The notes beneath the pieces were generated by a model. That model was not told where the DNA came from and did not search any database. It saw only the letters and a program-made list of their open reading frames with translations. Both the position numbers and the translations under genes were made by a program. From the NCBI GenBank assembly GCA_963804995.1, contig CAWDSK010000002.1, positions 672,001-736,000 of the forward strand: a DNA stretch of 64,000 nucleotides, read 5' to 3'. Positions 54,572 through 64,000 of this stretch are shown here, piece by piece; the stretch's first letter is position 1; every line of letters starts with the position of its first letter. Source of the DNA: an uncultured Acidobacteriota bacterium (GTDB lineage Bacteria; Acidobacteriota; Terriglobia; UBA7540).

Positions 54572-54668
54572 ATCGTACAGGAGGGGCGTCTAATTGTCCG
54601 AAATCGTCCCGGCGCTACCCCCGATGTCCGCAAGGCCTTTCGGACGGCTTGCCGCCGGACCAGGAAAC

Positions 54669-55120
54669 GTAGGGGCACCCCTCGTCGGTGCCCTAAGGGG
54701 GCCGACTCGGCCCCGGCCAGGGCAGGCACGAGACCTGCCCCTACCTCCTCCTAGCCCCAAAGGGGCGAGCTTCCATAGCCCAGGCCAACGGCCCATAAGC
54801 GCTAAGATAAGGTGCCAATGCGGCCAAATTTGCGGAATCGGCAACTCAAAAATGGCCAGAATCTCATCGTATCTTAGCGCTTATGGGCCAACGGCCTGGG
54901 TAACGGCCTGGGTGAGGCACCCAATTCCCTTTTAATTCCATTCCAGCCCTGAAGGGGCGAGCCAATTGCAGGGGGCCGTACCGGCAGGCGCATCCTTCTA
55001 TCACGCCCATTCAGGGCTCATGCGTCGAAATGGTTTATGCCGTTTACCCAGGCCGATGGCCCACCATTAAGACCGGCGGACCTTCGGCCTGGGCTGTGAT
55101 AGGTCGCCCCGTTGGGGCTC
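54669..55120. repeat. REP-like palindrome cluster
   Basis: GTAGGGGCA...TGCCCCTAC doublet, then AGCCCCAAAGGGGCGA ... TCGCCCCGTTGGGGCT enclosing AGCCCTGAA / TTCAGGGCT. Confidence 0.65.
54791..54888. mobile_element. 98-bp MITE
   Basis: Perfect 19-bp terminal inverted repeats GCCCATAAGCGCTAAGATA; direct repeat CCAACG at 54785-54790 and 54889-54894. Confidence 0.8.
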
Positions 55121-55288
55121 AGAGGTTGTATGACCCGGAGGTAGCCACGGCCAATTCATCTTAGGAATTGACCGTGGGTTCGCTTTGCACGCCGTCGATT
55201 TCGGCGGAGCCCGTGCCGCTCGATTCGACGGTGAGGTTTAGGCTTGCGTGTAACTACAAAAAGAGCTACATTCAGAAATGAGACGGAA

Positions 55289-55560
55289 ATGAAATACGAA
55301 TGGGACGAAGCGAAGAACCGGAAGAACGTCGCCAAGCATGGCCTCAGCTTCGAGGATGCCGAATCGGTATTTTCCGGACCTTGCGTCACATTCGAAGATG
55401 ACCGTTTCGACTACGGGGAAGAACGCCTTTGGGCTTACTGGCCGGGCGTCTGGTGGTCATAGCCCATTCACCGCGCGATGAGGGAACGCGCATCATCTCC
55501 ATGAGAAAGGGGCGCCGACGTGAACAAAAAATCTATCAAAAGCGACTTGGCACGGATTGA
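55289..55560 (+). pseudogene. brnT: BrnT-family toxin, frameshifted near 55428
   Basis: MKYEWDEAKNRKNVAKHGLSFEDA...DYGEER, then LGLLAGRLVVIAH...RIISMRK in another frame. Confidence 0.8.
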
Positions 55561-55777
55561 CCGCATGCGGGATGCCGATATTGACTATTCGGACATTCCC
55601 CCGCTCGACAAAACGTTTCTCAAAAAGGCCACGACGCCTTGGCCCCCGGCGAAAAGGCAATTGACGATTCGTCTCGATGCGGACGTGCTCGATTGGCTCA
55701 AGGGCCAGGGCCGGGGCTACCAGACGCGCATAAACCGCATTCTGCGCATTGTGATGGAGAATCAGCCCCACGGCTAG
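55520..55777 (+). CDS. brnA: BrnA-family antitoxin
   Basis: DIDYSDIPPL, KRQLTIRLDADVLDWLK..GRGYQTRIN. Confidence 0.88.
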   Translation: MNKKSIKSDLARIDRMRDADIDYSDIPPLDKTFLKKATTPWPPAKRQLTIRLDADVLDWLKGQGRGYQTRINRILRIVMENQPHG

Positions 55778-55819
55778 GTCATCGGTAGAACCTTTCGAGG
55801 GCCCTTTGCGCCATTGCGC

Positions 55820-55930
55820 TGACCTACCGGAAATGGCCGTGAGGCTGTCCAAGGTTTTCGGAGGCAGCGCCGAAACCTGGCTTACGCAGCAGGCGCACTG
55901 CGACCTTGCCGAGATTCACGCCGAGCGTCC
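55820..55930 (+). pseudogene. HigA-like antitoxin C-terminal fragment
   Basis: PEMAVRLSKVFGGSAETWLTQQAHCDL, with no N-terminal HTH. Confidence 0.55.
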
Positions 55931-55934
55931 GGAA

Positions 55935-56837
55935 TCAAGGAGATTTCTTAGGAGGCATTCCCTTTGGAGGAGGGACATAGATCGTCCTGATAAACTGGCC
56001 CAATGGGTGTGCGAAGGTACGGCGGGGGCCGATCGGCGGGAAATGTAAACCTTGTATTCCCGCTTCGTCGCAAAGTCCAGAAAAGAGACTTACTATTTCA
56101 AATCGTGTGGCATCCATCCACTCCGCCACTTGCTGATCGTTAATGCAGTAGAAGCTTGAGCCGTCGGCTTCGGGGCCAAGATGGATTTGTCCATGGCGAA
56201 CCGCGAAATCGTATCGAGATCGGATGGCACGAAGCATGTCAACAATGGTATCGAGGGTAGTGCGCCATTCGGGATTTGAGATGAATTTCTTGCCCCGCGC
56301 TCGCTGAAGCACCGGGCCATCTCGCGACCGCAAGCAGCCGGTGTTAAACGCTGTAATAGTGTCCTCCATGGCTCGGTCAAAAGCCTCCATCGATCCCTCT
56401 TGATGGAATTGATCCTGGAAGGCGGGCCGATCAAAGCATTGAGCGTAGAATCGCAAGAGCTCGATATCCGTCTTGAGAGCAGCTTCGTCGCACCCCGATT
56501 CGACGGCTAATCTTGCTGCCTCCTCAGATAGCTGCTTCCAGCGACGGAGCAATTCGCTCGTGTAGTGCGTTTCGTCCCTGTCGACCAGCCTTTCACACTT
56601 CCCACAAAGCCATATGCCATTGTCAACTGACTTTCTGGCCTCCGAGGTCAGCGCGGCGTCAAAACGAGGGCCGCCCGGAGAGGCTGCAGCTATGTGCGCC
56701 GCCACGCCAACGTTGACGGATTTCCGGGAAATGTCTTGTGGGCCGCTTGTTGGGTTGCGGCAGTTGGGGTTCGAACATCGGTACCCCACGCGTTTGGCTA
56801 GGACGTCCCTTACTGGCTTCGGGAACTCGTCGCGCAT
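55935..56837 (-). CDS. HNH-type nuclease domain protein with unknown C-terminal domain
   Basis: LAKRVGYRCSNPNC...GVAAHIAAASPGGPRFD...NGIWLCGKC..LVD. Confidence 0.7.
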   Translation of the reverse strand: MRDEFPKPVRDVLAKRVGYRCSNPNCRNPTSGPQDISRKSVNVGVAAHIAAASPGGPRFDAALTSEARKSVDNGIWLCGKCERLVDRDETHYTSELLRRWKQLSEEAARLAVESGCDEAALKTDIELLRFYAQCFDRPAFQDQFHQEGSMEAFDRAMEDTITAFNTGCLRSRDGPVLQRARGKKFISNPEWRTTLDTIVDMLRAIRSRYDFAVRHGQIHLGPEADGSSFYCINDQQVAEWMDATRFEIVSLFSGLCDEAGIQGLHFPPIGPRRTFAHPLGQFIRTIYVPPPKGMPPKKSP

Positions 56838-56966
56838 AGGTATTATTTGGACTCCTCCTTTGAGCCATATCGAGTAGCGCCGACCTGTTTCTTGGTTTCG
56901 CGGCGCTTGGTGCGACTGAGAAAGGCTCCTCGCATGCAGTGTCGGGTTGCGGGGGCGTGAATTGAA

Positions 56967-57383
56967 TCAAGATTTGTGAACTTGCACGACTTCCATCGTG
57001 TCTAAATAAAAGATGGCGTAATCTGTGGCCAAACCTAAAACGATTGTTGTGCTCTTGAGTGGTTTGGTCACGAGTAGCTGCCTGTGCTTTCCGTCCACGG
57101 CGAGGATGACGCTTATGTTGTCCCCGGCGAGGTGTAGCTGCGTTTGTTTTCCAACGATCGTTGCCGGGAGAGTGGTTGGCTTCTGGGAATAAGCGAAGAT
57201 CACAAGCGCACTTTCGTCTTCGTTTCTGAGGCCAGCGCGTACAGTTCCGCTAGGGTCTCGGAGCGGGATATAATCTTTTAGGAACACCGCAACGGTGGTG
57301 GCAGGGGTCTGGCCCGGAAGGCGGTACGCCAGAAACTCCTCGTCCGGCGCAATTCCCAAGAAGGCGAATAGGTCAACTTCCAT
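56967..57383 (-). CDS. Hypothetical protein
   Basis: Open frame co-oriented with neighbours; no recognisable motif. Confidence 0.5.
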   Translation of the reverse strand: MEVDLFAFLGIAPDEEFLAYRLPGQTPATTVAVFLKDYIPLRDPSGTVRAGLRNEDESALVIFAYSQKPTTLPATIVGKQTQLHLAGDNISVILAVDGKHRQLLVTKPLKSTTIVLGLATDYAIFYLDTMEVVQVHKS

Positions 57384-57466
57384 AGGTTTCACGATACAGA
57401 AGAACCTCACTTGTGGCAAGTTGCGTGATGGACCCATTCTGAAACGAAGGGCGGGCTTTACCCGCT

Positions 57467-58423
57467 CTAGCCGGTCTTTCTGGCTGCGTAAAGATCCTCG
57501 AGGATCTTCCTTGTGTTCAACAGTACTTCGTCAAACTTATCGTCGGGAAACTCTCGCCTGAACTTCTCCAGATCATGCACTGCCCAGTTGCCAGCCTTCC
57601 TGATTCTTTCTGCCCACTCAGGTCGGTCATCAGCAAGGATTCCCAATCTTTCGGCTTTCTCCACTAAATCGGTGATATAGGATTCGCCCTTCCCTCTTAC
57701 CCGTCGCTCGAGAACACCGCCGCGGTCGATAGTCTCCTTTAATGCCTCTTCCAAAATCGCCCTACACATCACGGCACACGCAACCCTGAAACCATAGAGG
57801 TAACAGTGATGCACTTCACGGAAGTATTCTCTGACAGGAGGCGGCGGGACTTTCCCCGCCTTAAAAGGGTCAAGCCGGCTGACGCGCGACACTATCTTCG
57901 CGATCTTTCCCACAACCTCGTGCGCGTACCGCGCATCTAGGTTGTCCACTTGGGGGTCATAACCCGCCGATTCGGATCCATGCGCCAATTCGGATCGATG
58001 TACCCTTATAAATTCCTCAATCTCTCCGCGTGATTGCTTTATCTTTTCGCACATCGCGAGGAAGGCCTCTATCCCCTGCGGCGAGTGCTTGTCGATATCG
58101 AATGGGGATTTCGGTTCAGGGATGTCGCCCATGGTCGTCCGCTGGGCGGAAAGCGCATCCCCTTCCATGGTCACGTTCCTGCGGACTTCCTGAAGAATGG
58201 CACGACCTTCCTTCTCAGCCTCCGATATCCCCGGGCCACTGAGGATTTTCCGCGCCAATTCAGCGGTTTCGTCGTCGGAATTCTCCAGCCACGTCGCTAC
58301 CGGCCCAAAAATCAAATAATCCTCGCCTTCGTACCAATCGCTAACGTCAAAGTGGTCCAGAACCTTTTTCAGGATTTCAGCCCGTCTGGACTTTGGGGGT
58401 TTATGGTGGTGGTTCATATACAA
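57467..58423 (-). CDS. DUF4145 (HEPN-like) domain protein
   Basis: YFREVHHCYLYG...ACAVMCRAILE..LKE and IRKAGNWAVH (R-X-GN-X3-H-like). Confidence 0.7.
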   Translation of the reverse strand: MYMNHHHKPPKSRRAEILKKVLDHFDVSDWYEGEDYLIFGPVATWLENSDDETAELARKILSGPGISEAEKEGRAILQEVRRNVTMEGDALSAQRTTMGDIPEPKSPFDIDKHSPQGIEAFLAMCEKIKQSRGEIEEFIRVHRSELAHGSESAGYDPQVDNLDARYAHEVVGKIAKIVSRVSRLDPFKAGKVPPPPVREYFREVHHCYLYGFRVACAVMCRAILEEALKETIDRGGVLERRVRGKGESYITDLVEKAERLGILADDRPEWAERIRKAGNWAVHDLEKFRREFPDDKFDEVLLNTRKILEDLYAARKTG

Positions 58424-58436
58424 TTACCTCTTCGGG

Positions 58437-59024
58437 TCACTTTCTAGGGCCCGCTTCCGCCAAGCGAACTTCCTGAAGGTAGTCATCCGTGGGCTCAAAA
58501 TCGATTCCGCGTTCCTGGACCAGCATGGTGACGCGGTGGCTCGGCACACCGCCTGCCAGAAGTGCGAAAACCTGCACTTGATTCAGCGGCTTCTTGCCGC
58601 TCGCAGGCGCAGGCGGCTTGGCGGCGCGCAGGGCGTTAAGAAACGCCTCACTCGCGCCTGCGGCCTTGAGGGTTCGGATAAAATCTTCCGCCGGGGCGAA
58701 ATCAATCCCGCGCTGCTCGATCAGCTTGGCGCCCGACTCATCGCCCAACCCGTCCCGCACCAGGCCTTGCACCTGTTCCTGCGTAAAGGGCTTTGCCGGG
58801 TTAATGCCCGGAGTTGTAGCGCTGACCTTGAGGTCAGCATGCCGTAGCGGCGGCTTCATGCCGCCATGGCGAGGTAAACTCGCCGCTACATGAGCATGTG
58901 CCGACCCTTCGTTCCACTCAGGGCAGGCTCTCAAGGTCGGCGCTACAAGTTTCTGGTTCGCCCTCACGGGCAGCGTCAGAATCAGGGGTATGACGAGGAT
59001 GAGCAGGAATAATCGGGGCCGCAT
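58437..59024 (-). pseudogene. Truncated secreted protein with duplicated KP.tQ.QV..L...RGIDF.P domain and an in-frame REP insert
   Basis: Signal peptide; two similar units, the second cut at EVRLAEAG; palindromic insert at 58814-58948. Confidence 0.55.
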
Positions 59025-59363
59025 CGGCGCCTCCCGAAAGCGGGAATGGCGGCATTCTACCACTTAGCGCAGCGCTGCGTAGCCGCAACCCAGGCAGGAC
59101 TCACCGCAGAGGCGCGGAGGCACAGAGTCTTGAAATCCAAAGGCCTTTTCTCTGCGTCTCAGCGCCTCGGCGGTAAATATTATATTTGCTCGCAGCTTTT
59201 CCTCTGCTCGGTCTCCGTGACCTCTGTGGCCTCGGGGGTGAAATCCTTTTGGGTCGCAGCTCGGCCGTGCAGGTTTTTTCCCTACAGAAGAACCGCGGAC
59301 CCCGAAAACGGGGGACCGCGCTACGAAACGGGTCCGCGCTGCATTACCGGCTGGGAAACAGGA

Positions 59364-60635
59364 TCATTGCTTGCTTGCCGCGATTCGCGAGAACTCGAGC
59401 CGCAAGAACTTGTTCGAATCGGGCGGCCCCATGGTCACCTGAAAGAAGGGTTTGTCGGACAGGGTCATGAGCGTGGCACCAAAGGAGAACGATGCATCGC
59501 CCACCCCCAGAGATCTGCAGATCGGGTTATCCTTCGAGTCCTTTGAGCGGAGCGTTGCTTTGACCACTTGTTCGTCGATGGCTGAAGCGGGCATTCGCAG
59601 GTGTGTTGCCAGCGAGTTGAGCCTTACTTCGCTGTTGTCCCGGTTCTTCTCCTCCAGCGTCATCGCCCGGATCCGTTTCAAGTGCCAGGGCTTCAAATCA
59701 TCATTTGCGAGCGGGTGGTTGGTATGGTACACAACGCTTCCGTCAGGCGAGGGCCGGAACTCAACGACCTTATGGGCCGAGGCTTCAAAATCGTAGACGC
59801 GGTCGCCCACGCCAACTATGTAATTCTGTCCTGAGGCATGCTTAATGGTTTTGATAAAACTCAACACGTCTTCGCCCTTCGCTCGCGCCAGCACTCCGCG
59901 CACAACGCAAGCGACCGGGAGTCCGTCGGGCGAGGCGCTGAGTTGCAAAAGTGTATTGGTCGTGATCGCAATAGACCGGTTGTTCATGCCATTGGTGGCG
60001 ATCAGGCCGGCCACGGTGAAGACAAACTGTTCGGGGGTGGTGGGGCCGGGGGCGATGTGCAGGACAACCTGCGAGCCATCCCGGTAACTTTCCAGGTCCA
60101 TATTTTGCGCAATGTAAGCCGGATGCGATTCGCTCCGTATCACTCCCAGGCTGCTGCAATGATGCGAATCGGCCTTATCGAAATAAACCCAGATTTCATC
60201 GACCATCTGATAGGCCAGCATGGTCTGATAAGGCTGGCCGGAACCTTCCGCGATACCCTTGATTTCGTCCAGCAGTTCGGGGGTCCACCGCTTGATGGCG
60301 GGCAAGAAATTCGTTTCGGCAAAAAACTTCTGCACAAAGGCATCCGGATCCATCTTGGACTGTTCTTGCAGGTCCTTTTTCCAGAGGCCCACCATCCTGG
60401 CGATTTCCGGGCGCATCGCCCTGCCATGCTGCAGCCCTCGCTCGTAGGGCGACCCACTGAGCTGGAGAACCCTGGGCATTCGCTCTCCCTCAGGAGGCGG
60501 GGCGGCAGTGGAGGCGCCGGAATCCATGGCCTCGAAAGAGAGCAGTGCCAAGGCCACGACCACCAGCGCCCTCAGAACTGGATTTGCTGAACGGGACGGG
60601 GGTGAAGTGACATTCCAGTTACCGGACTTGTTCAT
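59364..60635 (-). CDS. Peptidase C45 family (Ntn-hydrolase, acyl-CoA:6-APA acyltransferase-like)
   Basis: SGSPYERGLQHG, EIKGIAEG, HCSS nucleophile site, AQNMD, GMNN, HTNH. Confidence 0.85.
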   Translation of the reverse strand: MNKSGNWNVTSPPSRSANPVLRALVVVALALLSFEAMDSGASTAAPPPEGERMPRVLQLSGSPYERGLQHGRAMRPEIARMVGLWKKDLQEQSKMDPDAFVQKFFAETNFLPAIKRWTPELLDEIKGIAEGSGQPYQTMLAYQMVDEIWVYFDKADSHHCSSLGVIRSESHPAYIAQNMDLESYRDGSQVVLHIAPGPTTPEQFVFTVAGLIATNGMNNRSIAITTNTLLQLSASPDGLPVACVVRGVLARAKGEDVLSFIKTIKHASGQNYIVGVGDRVYDFEASAHKVVEFRPSPDGSVVYHTNHPLANDDLKPWHLKRIRAMTLEEKNRDNSEVRLNSLATHLRMPASAIDEQVVKATLRSKDSKDNPICRSLGVGDASFSFGATLMTLSDKPFFQVTMGPPDSNKFLRLEFSRIAASKQ

Positions 60636-60960
60636 GAAAGGTTCTCCTCAGAAATGCCGTAGGCCTGGCATCGGCGCAGTTTACAGGACACGACCAAGGG
60701 ACGCATACATAAAAAATAATGTACGCGCCACCCGTGATGGGATGGGTCCCGGTTGGATTCGTGCACTCGCAGCTTGCCTCCGCTAAGTTACTGAGGAGAT
60801 TGATCAGTCGGCAAACGCCTTTTGATTCCCTCGCTTACGCCGGACCAACGCGGCAATTGTGGGACATTTCACACCGATGCAACCTACTTGAGCCTTTACA
60901 CCTCTATAACGGTATGGGATAATTTGTGTATACGTCTCTAAGCGGGGCAAAAAAGGAACT

Positions 60961-63054
60961 ATGACAATGAACGTTAAGAAGATCTGCATTGTATTGAGCC
61001 TCCTACTATTTTTGGGAGGAAGTTTATGGGCGGCGCAAGACCCCGCACAGGCGGGCCCGGGAAAGGGGCCAGGGCAGACGCCGACGGCCTCCTCGGCCAC
61101 TCCGGACCACGCCAAGGCTTACTACCACTTCATGATGGCCCGGCGGTACAAGGAACTGGCGGGAATCTACAATCGTGGCGATTACATTGACCGCGCGATT
61201 TCCGAATACAAGGAAGCCATTGCCGCTGACCCCACCTCGCTCTTTCTGCGGGTCGAGCTGGCTGAGCTTTATTGGCGCTCGAGCCGGATCGGGGACGCGG
61301 TAAATGAAGCTGAAGCCGTCCTAAAGGAAGACCCGGATTATCCTGACGCCCACCGTCTGCTGGCCCGCATTTACTTCCACATGTTGGACAACACCCAGGC
61401 GGATCGTAATACCACCAAGGAAAGCCTGGGCAAAGCGATTGAGCATTTGGAAGCCCTGGTGCGCCAGACTCCCAACGACACCGATTCCTGGCTGTTGCTG
61501 GGGCGGCTCTACCGGGCCAGTAATCAGCCTGCCAAGGCGGAAGAGGCTTTCCGCAAAGTATTGAAGACGGATCCGGACTCGAAGGTGGGCCTCGCCAACT
61601 TGGCGGAACTTTATTTTCAGGAGGGCGATTACCAGCAGGCTGCGGACGCCCTGACCAAGATACCTGAGGGCGATGCCGATTCCCAGATTCTCGGAATGCT
61701 GGCTTTTGCCTACACCCAGACCCATGATTTCGATAAGGCCATCGCGACTTACGAGAAGGCGCTGGCACAGGACCCTGACAACTCAGAACTCCGCCGGGCT
61801 TATGCGGAGGCGCTTCTGAACGCCGGTAAGAACGACGCGGCGCGGGTGGAACTACAGAAGGTCCTGAAAGCCGAGCCCGAGGATGATGCCAGCTACATGC
61901 ACCTGGCCCAGATTGATCGCCAGGAAGGGCGCTTCGACGAGGCTCGTCAGGAACTGGAGAAAGCCAGAAATATTAAGCCCGACAACCTGGAAGTCCCTTA
62001 CCAGCAGGCGATGCTGGAAGACACGGTCGGCAACTCCGACAAAGCCATTCAGATTATGCAAGGATTGGTGAAGCAGTCGGAGCGGCCTGAAAATCAATAC
62101 ACCGTGGCGGAAGCCAACAACCGGGCGATTTTCCTGGAACGGCTGGGACTGGTTTACCGCGAGCAGGAGAAGTTCCCTCAGGCCATGGACTGCTTCAAAC
62201 AGATCCAGGCGCTCGGCAAAACGCAAGGCCCGCGCGCGGAGTTCCTGATCACTGAAACCTTGCGCCTGGAACACCAACCGGACAAGGCGCAGGCCGAAGT
62301 CGATAGCGCCGTCCAGGCCTATCCGCAAGACCATGCCCTGAAGATTCTGCGCGCCACTATGCTGGGTGAGAAGGGTCATGTGGACGAAGCGGTGGCGCAG
62401 CTCCAGGCCTTGCTCTCCAAGAGCGCCGGCGATCGCGAAATCTACATTTCGATCGCCCAGGTTTATTCCCAGGCCAAGCGCTTCGAAGATGCCGAGCAAG
62501 CAGTGCACAAATCGCTGGAACTGACACCCAATACGGACGATCAGGAATACGCGCTTTTCGTGCTCGCTTCCATTTACGAACGGCAGAAGAAATACGAGGT
62601 GGCGGAAGAGACGTTCAAGAAGGTGCTCGCGGTGAATCCTCTGAATGCCTCTGCCTCAAACTACCTCGGCTATATGCTGGCGGACCGCGGCATCCGGCTG
62701 GAGGAATCGGTCAAGTACATCAAGAAGGCCGTGGATCTGGAGCCCAATAACGGCGCCTACCTCGACAGCCTGGGCTGGGCGTACTTCAAGATGAACCGCT
62801 ACGACTTGGCGGAACCACACTTGGAAAAGGCCGCCCGCCTGATTCAGAATGATCCGACTATCCACGAACACCTGGGCAATCTCTATCTGCGCATGGGTAA
62901 GTCGACGATGGCTGAGGAAGAGTGGGAGCGCGCCCTGAAGGAATGGCCCGAGGCGGTTTCCAGTGACTTCGATGCCGGGCAGGCCGCCAAGCTCCAGAAG
63001 CAGCTTGACGATTTGAAGGCCCAGGCGAAGCACGATAAATCCGCGCATAAATAA
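60961..63054 (+). CDS. Exported tetratricopeptide repeat protein
   Basis: Signal peptide, many TPRs, NYLGYMLADRG, YLDSLGWAYF, EHLG; upstream of ispE. Confidence 0.88.
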   Translation: MTMNVKKICIVLSLLLFLGGSLWAAQDPAQAGPGKGPGQTPTASSATPDHAKAYYHFMMARRYKELAGIYNRGDYIDRAISEYKEAIAADPTSLFLRVELAELYWRSSRIGDAVNEAEAVLKEDPDYPDAHRLLARIYFHMLDNTQADRNTTKESLGKAIEHLEALVRQTPNDTDSWLLLGRLYRASNQPAKAEEAFRKVLKTDPDSKVGLANLAELYFQEGDYQQAADALTKIPEGDADSQILGMLAFAYTQTHDFDKAIATYEKALAQDPDNSELRRAYAEALLNAGKNDAARVELQKVLKAEPEDDASYMHLAQIDRQEGRFDEARQELEKARNIKPDNLEVPYQQAMLEDTVGNSDKAIQIMQGLVKQSERPENQYTVAEANNRAIFLERLGLVYREQEKFPQAMDCFKQIQALGKTQGPRAEFLITETLRLEHQPDKAQAEVDSAVQAYPQDHALKILRATMLGEKGHVDEAVAQLQALLSKSAGDREIYISIAQVYSQAKRFEDAEQAVHKSLELTPNTDDQEYALFVLASIYERQKKYEVAEETFKKVLAVNPLNASASNYLGYMLADRGIRLEESVKYIKKAVDLEPNNGAYLDSLGWAYFKMNRYDLAEPHLEKAARLIQNDPTIHEHLGNLYLRMGKSTMAEEEWERALKEWPEAVSSDFDAGQAAKLQKQLDDLKAQAKHDKSAHK

Positions 63055-63223
63055 ACATTCGGCATTTCCCAACGCTTCTCCCATCGCGGCGCAAAGTGGA
63101 CCGCGCCGCGTCTTTCTGAGGTAAGATTCACCTGCCTGTACTTGCTTCGCACCTTGCGTGCGGAGCCATCCGGAGATCATCCCGGGCTGGCCGCATGGGG
63201 TCCCGCCCGGCTGCGCACCTGCC

Positions 63224-64000
63224 TTGAAAAAGACACTACGCCTTCGCGCTTTCGCCAAGATCAACGCGGGTCTGAAGATTCTCGCCAAACGGCCCGACGG
63301 CTATCACGAAATCCACACTGTTTACCAAACCATCGCGCTCCACGATCGCCTGAAAATCACCTTGGCGAAACCGGGGAAGGGGATTGTTGTTGAGTGCGAT
63401 GACCCCAGCGTGCCCGCCGGGCGCGGCAATCTGGTTTACCGCGCCTGTGAGTCCTGGGCGAGCGCGCTCAACTGGCATGGCGGCATCGAAGTTCAAATTC
63501 AGAAGAGAATCCCGGTCGGCAGCGGGTTGGGCGGGGCTAGCACCGACGCGGCCGCCACGCTCCTGGGCCTCGAGCGCCTCACTCGCGATCGTCTGGATTC
63601 ATCCGCACGCCACAAGCTTGCAGCCGCGCTCGGCTCCGACGTTCCGCTGTTTCTGCTGGGGGGCCGTGTCCTGGGCTGTGGCCGTGGTGAGGAGATCTAC
63701 CCGCTCAGCGACCTTCCCTCGCGGGCCTGCCTGGTGGTCTTTCCAGGTTTCGCGGTTTCCACGGCGGAGGCCTACCGCGAGGCTGGATTGCGGTTGACAG
63801 GGCAGGCCGGAACCGCTTACATTGGTAGTGTCGGTGCGTGGCCACAATTTCCCCTGATGAGCTGGGGACCGGCCGAGAACGACTTCGAGTACGTCGTTTT
63901 CGCGAGGTGGCCTGAGCTGGCGCGCTTGAAGCGCCGGCTTATCCGGGCCGGGGCCGAAGTTGCTTCCTTGACGGGCAGCGGGTCTGCTGTGTACGCCCTC
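63224..64000 (+). CDS. ispE: 4-diphosphocytidyl-2-C-methyl-D-erythritol kinase (runs off the window)
   Basis: Hand translation from TTG 63224: AFAKINAGL...RPDGYHEI, KRIPVGSGLGGASTDAA, LGSDVP, LTGSGS. Confidence 0.93.
   Translation, partial: MKKTLRLRAFAKINAGLKILAKRPDGYHEIHTVYQTIALHDRLKITLAKPGKGIVVECDDPSVPAGRGNLVYRACESWASALNWHGGIEVQIQKRIPVGSGLGGASTDAAATLLGLERLTRDRLDSSARHKLAAALGSDVPLFLLGGRVLGCGRGEEIYPLSDLPSRACLVVFPGFAVSTAEAYREAGLRLTGQAGTAYIGSVGAWPQFPLMSWGPAENDFEYVVFARWPELARLKRRLIRAGAEVASLTGSGSAVYAL

Overview
GC-rich bacterial chromosomal window; gene content and style suggest an Acidobacteriota-like organism (inference only). Housekeeping blocks: YyaL/SSP411-like protein, thiC, two methyltransferases, two tandem TMTC-like GT-C/TPR membrane proteins, a lone nuoB, a Rieske ferredoxin, mutM, sodA, NmrA, queG, rpmH-rnpA-yidD-yidC-jag-mnmE, and a TPR protein plus ispE at the right end. 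A sigma28-type motility region spans about 23.7-49.9 kb: cheX-R-B-Y, satP, a PAS-MCP, a porin, cheW, a cheA carrying an inserted CZB domain, fliS-fliD-flaG-fliC, a TPR-glycosyltransferase pseudogene, flbD-motA-motB, HDOD and an anti-sigma pair. Mobile DNA includes a complete ISKra4-family IS, a complete IS630, several MITEs, many GTAG-type REP palindromes and a probable group II intron 3' relic. The most unusual signal is a transposase-less module in three copies (about 16.3-16.8 kb +, 26.8-28.6 kb -, 51.1-54.6 kb -): a terminal palindrome, a conserved leader, an uncharacterised ~365-aa ORF, five AT-rich repeats and, in two copies, a 159/168-bp repeat unit. Many genes carry single-base indels, most likely long-read assembly errors.
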